Positions 1 through 8,995 of a stretch of 58,226 nt of DNA are shown in pieces (the stretch's first letter is position 1; every line of letters begins with the position of its first letter). The DNA lies in contig JAZDPL010000039.1 in the NCBI GenBank assembly GCA_043797665.1, positions 1 to 58,226 on the forward strand. Reading direction: 5' to 3'. The position numbers were made by a program, and so were the translations under genes. The stretch comes from Candidatus Omnitrophota bacterium. GTDB lineage: Bacteria > Ratteibacteria > UBA8468 > MWAK01. The notes under the pieces are model-generated. The model had not been told where the DNA came from. It did no database searches and worked only from the letters and a program-made list of their open reading frames with translations.

Positions 1-6
1 CAGTGG

Positions 7-2049
7 ATGGAAAATTGTTATGCCCGGATTCTGGTGGATAACCACATCACCGAAGATGACCCGTCGTTTATGACCAAGTTTGATCCGGCTAAGTACGTGG
101 CGATGATGAAGAATGCCGGGGTGGAAGCGGCGATGGTCTACGCCTGCTGTCATAACGGTAATTGCTACTATCCGACCAAGGTCGGGCATATGCACAAAAA
201 CCTTAACGGCCGGGACATCTTCGGTGAAATAGCGGGACTGCTTCGCAAGGAGGGCATCGTCACGGTGGCCTATTACACGGTGGTCTTCCACAACCAGTCT
301 TCCAAAACGCACCCGGACTGGCGTATAGAGGATTTTAACGGTCAGAGATTTGGCCGGTACTGGTTCACCTGTCCCAACAGCCGGGAGTACCGGGAATTCG
401 TGAAAAAACAGTTGGCGGAAATCCTTGCTTACGACATCGTCGGCGTATTCATTGATATGACCTTCTGGCCTATGGTCTGTGTGTGTCATAACTGCCGGAC
501 CAGATACCTCTGGGAGACAAAGAAAGAGATTCCTTCAATTATTGACTGGGGCAGTGAAGAATGGGTGACCTTCCAGCGGGCAAGAGAGAAGTGGCTGGCA
601 GAGTTCGGCCAGGAACTCACCTCCTTCGTTAAGGTAATTAAGCCTGAGGTAACCGTAACCCACCAGTTCTCGCCGGTACTGTCCGGCTGGGCTTTGGGTC
701 AGAGTCCCGGTTTAGCCTTAGCCAGCGACTACTCTTCCGGCGACTTTTACGGCGGCAAGTACCAGCAGTCGTTAGGGACCAAAGTCTTTTCTGCCTTTTC
801 CAAACACCTGCCGTTTGAGTTCATGACCTCCCGGTGTGTCAACCTGACCGACCATACTTCCACCAAGTCTGAGGCAGAGATGGTCTGCTCTGTCTCAACC
901 ACCTTAGCCAACGGAGGCGCCTACTTTTTCATTGACGCCATCAATCCGGACGGAACGTTGTGCGCAGAGGTCTACGAACGGTTAAGTGCGGTCAACCGGA
1001 AGGTACAACCTTTCCGGGATAAGGCCAAGGAATTGAAGCCGGTTTTAGCGGGAGACACCGGACTCTACTTTTCTATGGCTTCTATGGTCAATATGTCCGC
1101 CAACGGCGTAAGCCTGAAGAAAGATGAAGGGAAGGCACTCAGCCCGGAATCGGGCAGTAATCTCCCTCCGTTGGAAGAGATTCTGGGGACCTCCATTATC
1201 CTGGGCAAGGCACATATTCCTTGCCGGATAATCACCGACCGTACCCTGAATTTTGAAAACGTCAAGACCATCATCGTCAACAACGCGGCTTTTATGTCCG
1301 AAGAGGAGGGAGGGAAATTAAGGACTTTTGTCCGAAACGGGGGTACCCTTATCGCCACCGGTCTAACCTCTCTCTACAACCTTTCCGGCAAGACAACCGG
1401 AGACTTTGCCTTAAAGGATATCTTTGGAGTCTCCTACACCGGTAAGATGACCAAAAGGATTAACTACCTGGTATTCAAGGAGAAAGAAGATTTCATCTTC
1501 TCCCGTTACCCGGCGCCTCTGGTCAAAACGGTTTCCGCCACGGCCTCAGCCTTTGTTTCCGAGCCAATTTTTGACCCGGACGTTCCGGACCAATATGCCT
1601 CCATCCACAGCAACCCGCCCGGTCCAATCAGCGATTACCCCGGTCTGACCGTTAACACCTTTGGCAAAGGCAAATGCGTATACCTTTACTCCTCTTTACT
1701 TTCTTTACAGCAGGACGCCCAGCAGTCTTTCGGGGAAAGGCTTTTCAAAGAATACGGACCTTCCGGCATCATCGTCTCTACCAACGCACCGGCCTGCGTG
1801 GAGATTACCTTACTTAAGAGCAGTGTTAAGAACGTTTTTCTCCTCTGTTTTGTCAACTACCAGCAGGAACTACCCAACGTTCCGATACACAATCTTGAAG
1901 CAGTTATAAAATTACCGGGCAACCTTAAGCCCGGTTCCTGCCGCACCGTCTCAGACGGCAAAGAGGTTGAGTTTAAGGTGGAGAACGAGGAGACTCTTCT
2001 CAGCCTCGCCCGCCTGGACACCGTGGAGATGGTAGAAATTACGCTATAA
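7..2049 (+). CDS. Glycoside hydrolase, GHL6/GH151 alpha-L-fucosidase-like, with trimerisation-type domain (5' end may lie outside the window)
   Basis: RILVDNH, YACCHNG-x-CYYP, FIDM and PFEFMT motifs. Paralogous to 24632..26668. The frame is open to the window edge. Confidence 0.65.
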   Translation: MENCYARILVDNHITEDDPSFMTKFDPAKYVAMMKNAGVEAAMVYACCHNGNCYYPTKVGHMHKNLNGRDIFGEIAGLLRKEGIVTVAYYTVVFHNQSSKTHPDWRIEDFNGQRFGRYWFTCPNSREYREFVKKQLAEILAYDIVGVFIDMTFWPMVCVCHNCRTRYLWETKKEIPSIIDWGSEEWVTFQRAREKWLAEFGQELTSFVKVIKPEVTVTHQFSPVLSGWALGQSPGLALASDYSSGDFYGGKYQQSLGTKVFSAFSKHLPFEFMTSRCVNLTDHTSTKSEAEMVCSVSTTLANGGAYFFIDAINPDGTLCAEVYERLSAVNRKVQPFRDKAKELKPVLAGDTGLYFSMASMVNMSANGVSLKKDEGKALSPESGSNLPPLEEILGTSIILGKAHIPCRIITDRTLNFENVKTIIVNNAAFMSEEEGGKLRTFVRNGGTLIATGLTSLYNLSGKTTGDFALKDIFGVSYTGKMTKRINYLVFKEKEDFIFSRYPAPLVKTVSATASAFVSEPIFDPDVPDQYASIHSNPPGPISDYPGLTVNTFGKGKCVYLYSSLLSLQQDAQQSFGERLFKEYGPSGIIVSTNAPACVEITLLKSSVKNVFLLCFVNYQQELPNVPIHNLEAVIKLPGNLKPGSCRTVSDGKEVEFKVENEETLLSLARLDTVEMVEITL

Positions 2050-2097
2050 ATTTTAGGTACAATAAGAACAAAGACCGTAACCATTTTCCCCAATGCT

Positions 2098-4152
2098 ATG
2101 GCAGAAAAGAGAATCTCGTTCCGGAGCGGGTATCAACATATGGTACTGGACTATTATGTCAGGCGGGTTAGAGTCCTGCATCAGGAACGGACCGCCAGGT
2201 TGAAATCGATTCGTAACCGCCGGCAGGCGGAGAAGTATCAGGAAGAGATACGAACGGTTATAAACAGAGCTTTTCAGCCGGTACCTGAAAAGACCCCTTT
2301 AAAACCTCAGGTAACCGGAGTTCTTAATCGAAACGGGTACCGCATCGAAAAGGTGATTTTTGAAAGCCGGCCGAATTGTCTGGTTACCGCAAACCTTTAC
2401 CTGCCTCAGGAAATAACCCGAAAATTACCGGGAGTAATATTTCCCTGCGGGCATTCTCAGAACGGTAAGGCCTACTCATTTTATCAGGAAGCATGTCAGA
2501 GACTGGTACATGCCGGATTTGTGGTCTTGAGTTATGACCCGTTCAGCCAGGGGGAACGGGACCAGTATTTCCATCAGCCGCCAGGTGATGCCCTCCGAAC
2601 AAACTGCTGTTATGCGCACAACATGGCCGGGAAACAGATGGAACTGGCAGGTGAATTTTTCGGTATGTGGCGGGCCTGGGATGGTATCCGGGCACTGGAC
2701 TATCTTCTTACCAGGCCTGAGGTGGATAAGGCAGATATCGGTTTAACCGGTTCTTCCGGCGGCGGTACGATGACTTCCTGGCTCTGGGCGATAGAAGACC
2801 GGTTTACCATGGCGGCACCTTCCTGTTTTGTTACCACTTTCCTGGCCAATCTGGAGAACGAACTTCCGGCTGACTGCGAGCAGTACCCGCCCGGTGTTCT
2901 TGGTAGTGGACTGGAGATAGCCGATTTCATAATCAGCCGGGCGCCCAAGCCGTTAATCCTTTTAGGTGAAAAATACGATTTTTTTGACCTGCGGGGGCTG
3001 AAAGAGGCCTACGCTGAAATCCGCCGTTTCTACTCCCTCTTTGGAGCCGAGAAAAAATCCGGTATCTTTGTTGGTGACAATGTACATGGATACTCTTCTG
3101 AAGCACAGAAGGTGATGGTTACCTTCTTCTGTCACCAGGCGGGTTTAAAGGTGCCTCTTTCCGAACCTTCCCTTAAAGTAGAAAAGGACAAAACTCTCTT
3201 TGCTACTCCTCGGGGAGAAGTAATACCGGCCGGTAGCCGGCCCATCTATAATATGCTCGCTGAAAAATCCCAAAAGATGGTTCTGGTTAGAAAAGAACCT
3301 TCGCTGAGTAGCTTGCCGAAAAAGATTAGAAACCTTCTTTCTCTTTCTCCCCGGTTAGATATTCCCCACTACCGGGTTTTACGCTCTTTTTCTACCACTT
3401 CCCGGCCGGATTTCGGGAAGGTTCTTGCCGCGAATTGCCCCGCTTTAAAAGGCGATATAGTCTTTGCTCGTTTTGCGGTCGAAACAGAGGGAGAAGTCAG
3501 GGCTTTTCTGACAAAAAGGGTGAAGGGGTGTGATGCAGATATTTTTGTTGCCGATAAGGTGGCGAAGGTATTTCTGCCGCACCTTTGTTCGGAAGAAGAT
3601 ATCTTGAAAGACAAACTGGCGCATTCTTTAATGGTTGAGGGGCCGGTCTATTTCCTTGATGTGCGCGGTTTGGGGCAGTCCATTCCGGACGAGACGGGAT
3701 GTTTTTTCCAGCCTTACGGCATGGACTATCTCTTTCACGGGTATGGAATTATGCTGGGCGAAAGTTATCTGGGGCGCCGGGTGCACGACCTGTTGAGTGT
3801 TTGTGACCTGCTTGCAGCCGAAGGAAACGAGGAGATACACCTTTTCGGCCGGGGACAGGGAGCGATTATCGCTTTACTGGGTGCGGTATTACATCCCGGG
3901 GTGAAGAAGGTCATCCTGAAGAACAGCCCGGTTTCCTGTTACGAATGGACTCAGGAGGCGTTTGTTGCCTGGCCGTCAGCCAATTTTATCCGGGGCATGC
4001 TGCCGGAATTTGACCTCCCGGATTGTATCCGGGCACTGGCCGGGAAGGTAACCCTTATTGAACCCTGGAACGCCGAGATGAAGCCATACAGTAAAAAAGA
4101 TCTGCCGCAGGTTTTAGCCGAGGCGAAACTGACACGCAGTGTCATCTTTTAA
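2098..4152 (+). CDS. Two-domain alpha/beta hydrolase (acetylxylan esterase-like)
   Basis: IEKVIFES...VTANLYLP, PCGH, WDGIRALDYL, nucleophile elbow GLTGSSGGG; degenerate second hydrolase domain. Confidence 0.75.
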   Translation: MAEKRISFRSGYQHMVLDYYVRRVRVLHQERTARLKSIRNRRQAEKYQEEIRTVINRAFQPVPEKTPLKPQVTGVLNRNGYRIEKVIFESRPNCLVTANLYLPQEITRKLPGVIFPCGHSQNGKAYSFYQEACQRLVHAGFVVLSYDPFSQGERDQYFHQPPGDALRTNCCYAHNMAGKQMELAGEFFGMWRAWDGIRALDYLLTRPEVDKADIGLTGSSGGGTMTSWLWAIEDRFTMAAPSCFVTTFLANLENELPADCEQYPPGVLGSGLEIADFIISRAPKPLILLGEKYDFFDLRGLKEAYAEIRRFYSLFGAEKKSGIFVGDNVHGYSSEAQKVMVTFFCHQAGLKVPLSEPSLKVEKDKTLFATPRGEVIPAGSRPIYNMLAEKSQKMVLVRKEPSLSSLPKKIRNLLSLSPRLDIPHYRVLRSFSTTSRPDFGKVLAANCPALKGDIVFARFAVETEGEVRAFLTKRVKGCDADIFVADKVAKVFLPHLCSEEDILKDKLAHSLMVEGPVYFLDVRGLGQSIPDETGCFFQPYGMDYLFHGYGIMLGESYLGRRVHDLLSVCDLLAAEGNEEIHLFGRGQGAIIALLGAVLHPGVKKVILKNSPVSCYEWTQEAFVAWPSANFIRGMLPEFDLPDCIRALAGKVTLIEPWNAEMKPYSKKDLPQVLAEAKLTRSVIF

Positions 4153-4207
4153 TTTTCAACACTAACCTGATTGCAAAGGCCGGAGAAGATAGGGTAAAAT
4201 TTAGGAT

Positions 4208-5377
4208 ATGACCGAAAGGGAGAGATTTGTAGCCGCATTACTCTTTGGCAAGCCGGATAAGGTTCCCCTGATGACGGGCGGACCCCGGGAGTCTACCTTA
4301 GTTAGGTGGCATGAAGAAGGTTTGCCGAAGAACCGGAACTGGTACGAGGTTCTTTTGGAGAAGCTCGGCCTCCCTGAAGAGCCGGTCCGGGAACGGATAA
4401 GTTTAGATATTGACTTCCGGATGATACCCCAGTTTGAGGAGAAGGTTTTAGAGCACAAGGATGGCCACTACATCGTCCAGGACTGGATGGGTGCGATTAC
4501 GGAAATCTCCGATGAGTTTGACTACACCTACATCCGTTCCGCAAAAGATTTCGTTACCCGCAAGTGGCACAAGTTTCCGGTTGAGACCAGGAAAGACTGG
4601 GAAGAGATGAAGAAAAGGTTTGACCCGAAGACACCCGGCAAGGTGTCAGGGACACCCGGCAAGGTGTCAGGGACACCCGGCCGTTACCCGGTAGACCTTT
4701 CCGAAAGGTGCGCCAAATTACAGGACCGGGACTATCTTCTGACCATCTCTTTCAATGGTTCCTTCTGGCAATTGCGGGAGTGGTGCGGGTTTGAGAACCT
4801 CTGCATTCTTATGGCTGAAGACCCTGATTTTGTGTTGGAGATGACCCGGTTCTGGCAGGACTTTGTCTTAGCGGTCTTAGAACCGGTCCTTTCCCGAGTG
4901 ACCCCGGACCATATTCTCATCTCTGAGGATATGGCTTACAAGGTCAAGAGTATGATTTCCCCGGGTATGGTCCGGAAGTTTCTGATGCCGGTCTGGCAAG
5001 CCTGGACAGACAGGATTAGAAAGAGCGGCTGTCCGGTAATGGAGGTGGATTCCGACGGGTATATCGGAGAGCTGATTCCGCTCTGGATTGAATCCGGCAT
5101 CAACGTCTGCTCGCCGATTGAAGTGGCTGCCGGCAACGACCTGCTTGCCTACCGGAAACGGTTCGGCAAAAGAATGGCTTACCGGGGCGGGATTGACAAA
5201 CGGGCAATTGCAAAAGGCGGTAAAGTACTGGAAGACGAGGTTATGCGGTCTGTCCCTTCCCTTCTGAAAGAAGGCGGCTATATCCCCTCCTGTGACCACG
5301 CGGTACCGCCGGACATCTCCTATCAGAACTTTATTGATTACAGCAAACTCTTAGCCAAACTCACCGGCTGGCTGTGA
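4208..5377 (+). CDS. Uroporphyrinogen decarboxylase / MtaA-CmuA methyltransferase superfamily protein
   Basis: MTERERF start, EDMAYK, DSDG, GGIDK, GGYIPSCDH motifs. Confidence 0.8.
   Translation: MTERERFVAALLFGKPDKVPLMTGGPRESTLVRWHEEGLPKNRNWYEVLLEKLGLPEEPVRERISLDIDFRMIPQFEEKVLEHKDGHYIVQDWMGAITEISDEFDYTYIRSAKDFVTRKWHKFPVETRKDWEEMKKRFDPKTPGKVSGTPGKVSGTPGRYPVDLSERCAKLQDRDYLLTISFNGSFWQLREWCGFENLCILMAEDPDFVLEMTRFWQDFVLAVLEPVLSRVTPDHILISEDMAYKVKSMISPGMVRKFLMPVWQAWTDRIRKSGCPVMEVDSDGYIGELIPLWIESGINVCSPIEVAAGNDLLAYRKRFGKRMAYRGGIDKRAIAKGGKVLEDEVMRSVPSLLKEGGYIPSCDHAVPPDISYQNFIDYSKLLAKLTGWL
4630..4681. repeat. In-frame 21-nt tandem repeat (about 2.5 copies) with palindromic core
   Basis: GACACCCGGCAAGGTGTCAGG x2 plus GACACCCGGC; encodes TPGKVSG-TPGKVSG-TPG. 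Confidence 0.9.
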
Positions 5378-5401
5378 CACGGCGCTCTGCCCCCCGAATA
5401 T

Positions 5402-5430
5402 TTGAAAAAGTTGTATTTTCTTGGTAAAAT
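5402..5430 (+). promoter_or_regulatory. Putative sigma70 promoter of the DGR target gene
   Basis: TTGAAA-17 nt-TAAAAT with extended TG. Confidence 0.45.
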
Positions 5431-5507
5431 AGATATACAAAAGATAAACCAATCAATTCGTTTCTGGATTGCGCATGTCTCCTGGGGAGACACCTGGAGA
5501 ATGGCGA

Positions 5508-7637
5508 ATGAGTGAGAAAATAACAGGCTTTATAAAAAGAGGAGGATTGGTATCCGGGTTAATTCTTTTAATCTTTTTGATGAGTGGAGGGGTTTTTGGT
5601 CAGGAAACGACACCGCGCATCTGGGTAGTGTCTGTAGGAGTTAGCAAGTATGTTCAGGCGTTCCAGACATTAGAGCAGGCGGCAGAAGGCGCCAGGGATG
5701 TGGCGAAAGCCTTGGAGAAATGCCAGCCCTCTTCCACCAGAACTTATATCTTGACCACAGATTCGCCGGATGAAACCTTTCAACCCACCCGCGGGAATAT
5801 TGCGAAAATCCTGGGTAAACTATCACAGCAGGTTTCCTTGAACGACCTGGTTATTTTCTATTTTTCCGGTCATGGGGTAGATATAGAAGGTCAGCAATTA
5901 TTATTAATGAAAGATGCTGACCTGATAGATAAAGATACCCGCGATGTTACGACAATTCCTCTCACCTATCTGCGGGATAAGTTAGAAGGATTACCCTGTC
6001 AGGGCAGGTTATTATGGTTGGATGCCTGCCGGGAGACAGTAGAGTCTTTAAGTAAGAAAGCAGGGATAAGTGATGTAATGATGAGCAAAGATTTTCTGAC
6101 CAACGGTGGAGGGTGGAGTATACAGGAGGGAAGAGTATCAGCGACACTGTTCAGTTGCCGGGAAGGACAAAAGAGTTACTATGGCAAAGAAGGCTCATTC
6201 TTCAATCGGGCCCTGGTAGAAGGATTATCTGGCAAGGCGGCTGACCCGATGGGACAGGTAACATTATCATCCCTGGTTTCCTATATTCAAGGACGGGTAC
6301 CTGTTCTTCTGAAGGAAGAAAAGGGTGGGGAGTTTCAACAACAGCCAGTAATCCTGCCGGGAGTACCAGAAGTTATTCTCAGTCCGGCGCCCCCTGCCTA
6401 CATTGCCTGCCCGCCGTTCAGCGGTGAGAAATACGGAGACTTATTTGCTGAGACACTGCAGACCCAGTTAGCAAAATCAAGAGCAGTAAATTTAGTGGAG
6501 CGGATACAATTGGATAAAGCGCTGAATGAAATCAAACTAAAGATATCCGGCATTACCGAAGATGCTCTTAATCTTGAAGCCGGGAAGATGGTTGGAGCAA
6601 AGTATGTTCTGATTGGTTCCTCAAAAACTGCACCAGGGAATCAACTCTGTGTAAATGTAAGATTGGTTGAAGTAAAGACCGGAAAACAAATATCCGGAGT
6701 TGCTGGTAAATGTACCTTTAATCCCGAAGACAAAGACGAGTGGGAGGCCGCCCTGAATAATTTATCCGGGGAACTCCTTGCCGGTATGCAGGGAGAAGTA
6801 ATACCGGAAGAGACCCGGAGAGCAAGTTTACCGGTTAGTAAAAAATCTACTGGAAAGAAGGAGATAACCATAGACTTAGGCAAGGGAATAACGATGGAGA
6901 TGGTCCTTATCCCGCCAGGAGAGTTTCTGATGGGCTCTCCAGAAGGAGAAGGGGGCAATGACGAACACCCCCAGCACAAGGTAAAGATAACCAAATCCTT
7001 CTATTTAGGTAAGTATGAGGTAACCCAGGAGCAATGGGAAGCAGTTATGGGTAACAACCCCAGTAACTTCAAAGGAGTAAAGAACCCGGTAGAACAGGTT
7101 TCCTATGATGTCTGCCAGGACTTCCTCAGGGGACTAAACCGATTATTCCCTGGTAAGAACTTCCGGCTGCCCACTGAGGCCGAATGGGAGTATGCAGCCC
7201 GGGGCACCGATAGCCGAAGGTATCCCTGGGGAGATACCTGGGACAGGACCAGACTAAATTCCGCCTCTAAATGGGCCGGTATGGATATTATGAACAATGA
7301 TGATTGGAATAAATACTATTATAAAAGCGGTAAAGGAGAAGCATTCAAAAACTCAAGAACAGAGTCAGTAGGAAGTTATGAAAACGGGACGAGCCCTTTT
7401 GGTCTCTATGACATGGCTGGCAATGTTTGGGAGTGGTGCCGTGACTGGTATGATGCCAACTACTACCAGAATAGCCCAACTGAAGACCCGGAAGGACCTC
7501 CTACTGGCAGTTTCCGTGTTCTGCGCGGCGGCTCCTGGGGCATCGATGCTAACTACTGCCGGCCTGCCAGTCGCGACTGGATCGCCCCGACGAACTGGCT
7601 CAGCCTCGACGGGTTCCGCTGCGCTTCGTCGCCATAG
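5508..7637 (+). CDS. DGR target protein: signal/TM segment + caspase-like (peptidase C14) domain + CsgG/FlgO-like domain + FGE-sulfatase (CLec) domain with C-terminal VR
   Basis: Hydrophobic N-terminus GLVSGLILLIFLMSGGVFG. FYFSGHG and WLDACR give a His/Cys dyad. LVERIQLDKALNE...AGKMVGAKYVLIGS...VRLVEVKTG is CsgG-like. PPGEFLMGS, RLPTEAEWEYAARG, YDMAGNVWEW and RVLRGGSW are FGE motifs. Start placed at ATG 5508 after GGAGA; the ORF track begins at 5469. Confidence 0.9.
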   Translation: MSEKITGFIKRGGLVSGLILLIFLMSGGVFGQETTPRIWVVSVGVSKYVQAFQTLEQAAEGARDVAKALEKCQPSSTRTYILTTDSPDETFQPTRGNIAKILGKLSQQVSLNDLVIFYFSGHGVDIEGQQLLLMKDADLIDKDTRDVTTIPLTYLRDKLEGLPCQGRLLWLDACRETVESLSKKAGISDVMMSKDFLTNGGGWSIQEGRVSATLFSCREGQKSYYGKEGSFFNRALVEGLSGKAADPMGQVTLSSLVSYIQGRVPVLLKEEKGGEFQQQPVILPGVPEVILSPAPPAYIACPPFSGEKYGDLFAETLQTQLAKSRAVNLVERIQLDKALNEIKLKISGITEDALNLEAGKMVGAKYVLIGSSKTAPGNQLCVNVRLVEVKTGKQISGVAGKCTFNPEDKDEWEAALNNLSGELLAGMQGEVIPEETRRASLPVSKKSTGKKEITIDLGKGITMEMVLIPPGEFLMGSPEGEGGNDEHPQHKVKITKSFYLGKYEVTQEQWEAVMGNNPSNFKGVKNPVEQVSYDVCQDFLRGLNRLFPGKNFRLPTEAEWEYAARGTDSRRYPWGDTWDRTRLNSASKWAGMDIMNNDDWNKYYYKSGKGEAFKNSRTESVGSYENGTSPFGLYDMAGNVWEWCRDWYDANYYQNSPTEDPEGPPTGSFRVLRGGSWGIDANYCRPASRDWIAPTNWLSLDGFRCASSP
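7512..7634 (+). repeat. DGR variable repeat (VR), ending in the invariant GC-rich/IMH segment
   Basis: 123-nt ungapped match to 8679-8801 with 17 mismatches, all opposite template A; the last 24 nt are identical. Confidence 0.97.
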
Positions 7638-7664
7638 ACTCATTACCCTTTGCCCTTTTACCCT

Positions 7665-7680
7665 CCCGCCGTAAGGCGGG
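7665..7680 (+). promoter_or_regulatory. Post-VR hairpin/cruciform (DGR homing determinant candidate)
   Basis: CCCGCC-GTAA-GGCGGG perfect stem about 30 nt downstream of the VR; absent after the TR. Confidence 0.7.
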
Positions 7681-7739
7681 CCGCGCTAATTTTTTAACTA
7701 TTACCAAATATGCTATAATTGTATTGCCAGGAGGCCAAT

Positions 7740-7955
7740 ATGTCACCAGCGAAAGTGTTAATATCTGAGGCTCTTCAATTAAAACCCGCGGAACGGTTTA
7801 TCGTTATTGAAGCTTTAATCAAAAGTTTAGATGTTCCCGATCCTCAAATTGAAAAAGCGTGGGCAGAGGAAGCGGGAAAAAGATTGAAAGCCTATAAGAG
7901 CGGAAAACTTCCGATTGTATCCTTTAAGGATATGTTCGGAAAAGAAACCGCATGA
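7740..7955 (+). CDS. Putative addiction-module antitoxin (TIGR02574-like)
   Basis: EALQLKPAER...LIKSLD...IEKAWAEEA..RL pattern. ATG 7740 follows AGGAGG, with TGCTATAAT upstream. Overlaps the toxin start (ATGA). Confidence 0.8.
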   Translation: MSPAKVLISEALQLKPAERFIVIEALIKSLDVPDPQIEKAWAEEAGKRLKAYKSGKLPIVSFKDMFGKETA

Positions 7956-8254
7956 AAATAGGGATTGTAAGGATTGCCCACCAGGAATTTTTAGAAGCCA
8001 AGGATTTTTATGAAATTGAACAGCCTGGTTTGGGCATACGTTTTGAAAAAGAAATAAAACATTCCCTTTTACGTATAAAGCAATATCCTTCTGCCTGGCC
8101 ACCTGAATCCAAAGAAATACGCCGTTATTTCGTCCATAAATTCCCGTATAAAATTCTTTATTCTGTTCAAAAAGATATTATCGTAATACTTGCGTTTGCG
8201 CACTTACATAGAAAACCATATTACTGGGCAGATAGATTAGAAGTAACTTCTTGA
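7952..8254 (+). CDS. RelE/ParE-family toxin
   Basis: EFLEAKDFYE..PGLG.RF, IRRYFVHKFPYKILY, ILAFAHLHRKPYYW. Confidence 0.85.
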   Translation: MKIGIVRIAHQEFLEAKDFYEIEQPGLGIRFEKEIKHSLLRIKQYPSAWPPESKEIRRYFVHKFPYKILYSVQKDIIVILAFAHLHRKPYYWADRLEVTS

Positions 8255-8319
8255 GGGTTGCCGAACAATGAAGTTAATAATTATGGCTAAAGGAAATGCA
8301 AAATTTTTCTTGAAAATTT

Positions 8320-8670
8320 ATGAATGAGCAAACTGAACTGACAGTAATAACCAAAACTTACGACTTGATACTCTGGTGGCTTCCTCAGATTATTAAGTTT
8401 CCGAGAGCATACCGTTTTTCGCTCGGTAACAGGGTAGAAGACTTATTGTTTGAAATTCTGGAAGACTCAATTGAGGCTAAATATATGAAGGATAAAATAG
8501 AAATATTACAAAGGATAAACCTGAAACTGGAAAAACTAAGATTTCTGACCCGGATTTGTAAGGACCTGCATTTTATCAATCTGAACAAATACGAGTTTGT
8601 CGCAAATCAGGTAACCGACATCGGAAAGTCTGTTGGCGGGTGGTTACGCCAGCAGAAGGGGGTAGGTTAA
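8320..8670 (+). CDS. avd: DGR accessory variability determinant Avd (four-helix bundle)
   Basis: KTYDL..W, KFPR.YRFSLG.R, LEKLRFL.R, C-terminal IGKSVGGW; lies directly upstream of the TR. Confidence 0.92.
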   Translation: MNEQTELTVITKTYDLILWWLPQIIKFPRAYRFSLGNRVEDLLFEILEDSIEAKYMKDKIEILQRINLKLEKLRFLTRICKDLHFINLNKYEFVANQVTDIGKSVGGWLRQQKGVG

Positions 8671-8678
8671 ATTGGGCG

Positions 8679-8801
8679 TTCCGTGTTCTGCGCGGCGGCT
8701 CCTGGAACAACAATGCTAACAACTGCCGGCCTGCCAATCGCAACAGGAACGACCCGACGAACAGGAACAACAACAACGGGTTCCGCTGCGCTTCGTCGCC
8801 A
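8679..8801 (+). ncRNA. DGR template repeat (TR)
   Basis: Adenine-rich copy of the VR with 13 AAY codons and 31 A in total; located between avd and the RT. Confidence 0.95.
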
Positions 8802-8995
8802 AGTCTCTTTATATCCCGAAGTGCCTTCGGGATACCGCCAGAATTAGTAAGTTTACGGACTTACTGAGCGTGCATCTGTTGAGTCTAAAACCTGTCTCCT
8901 GTGCCGAATTCCCTGAATGGATGAGGCCGAATATAAAAACAGTCAGCGGCAACCAGTAGCCTTAGAGAGCGAAAGTTGCCGCTGCACTCACAGCA
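8802..8995 (+). ncRNA. Structured TR-RT spacer (3' part of the DGR RNA)
   Basis: Stems TATCCCGAA/TTCGGGATA (8812-8834) and CAGCGGCAAC/GTTGCCGCTG (8944-8984). Confidence 0.55.

Noticed and set aside
4208..5377. Calling the URO-D-like genes hemE
   Set aside because: The HemE signature (W.MRQAGR) is absent in all copies and there is no tetrapyrrole gene context.
8640..8867. 75-aa Asn-rich ORF resembling the target C-terminus
   Set aside because: It is the conceptual translation of the template repeat. It overlaps avd and is best explained as non-coding TR RNA.
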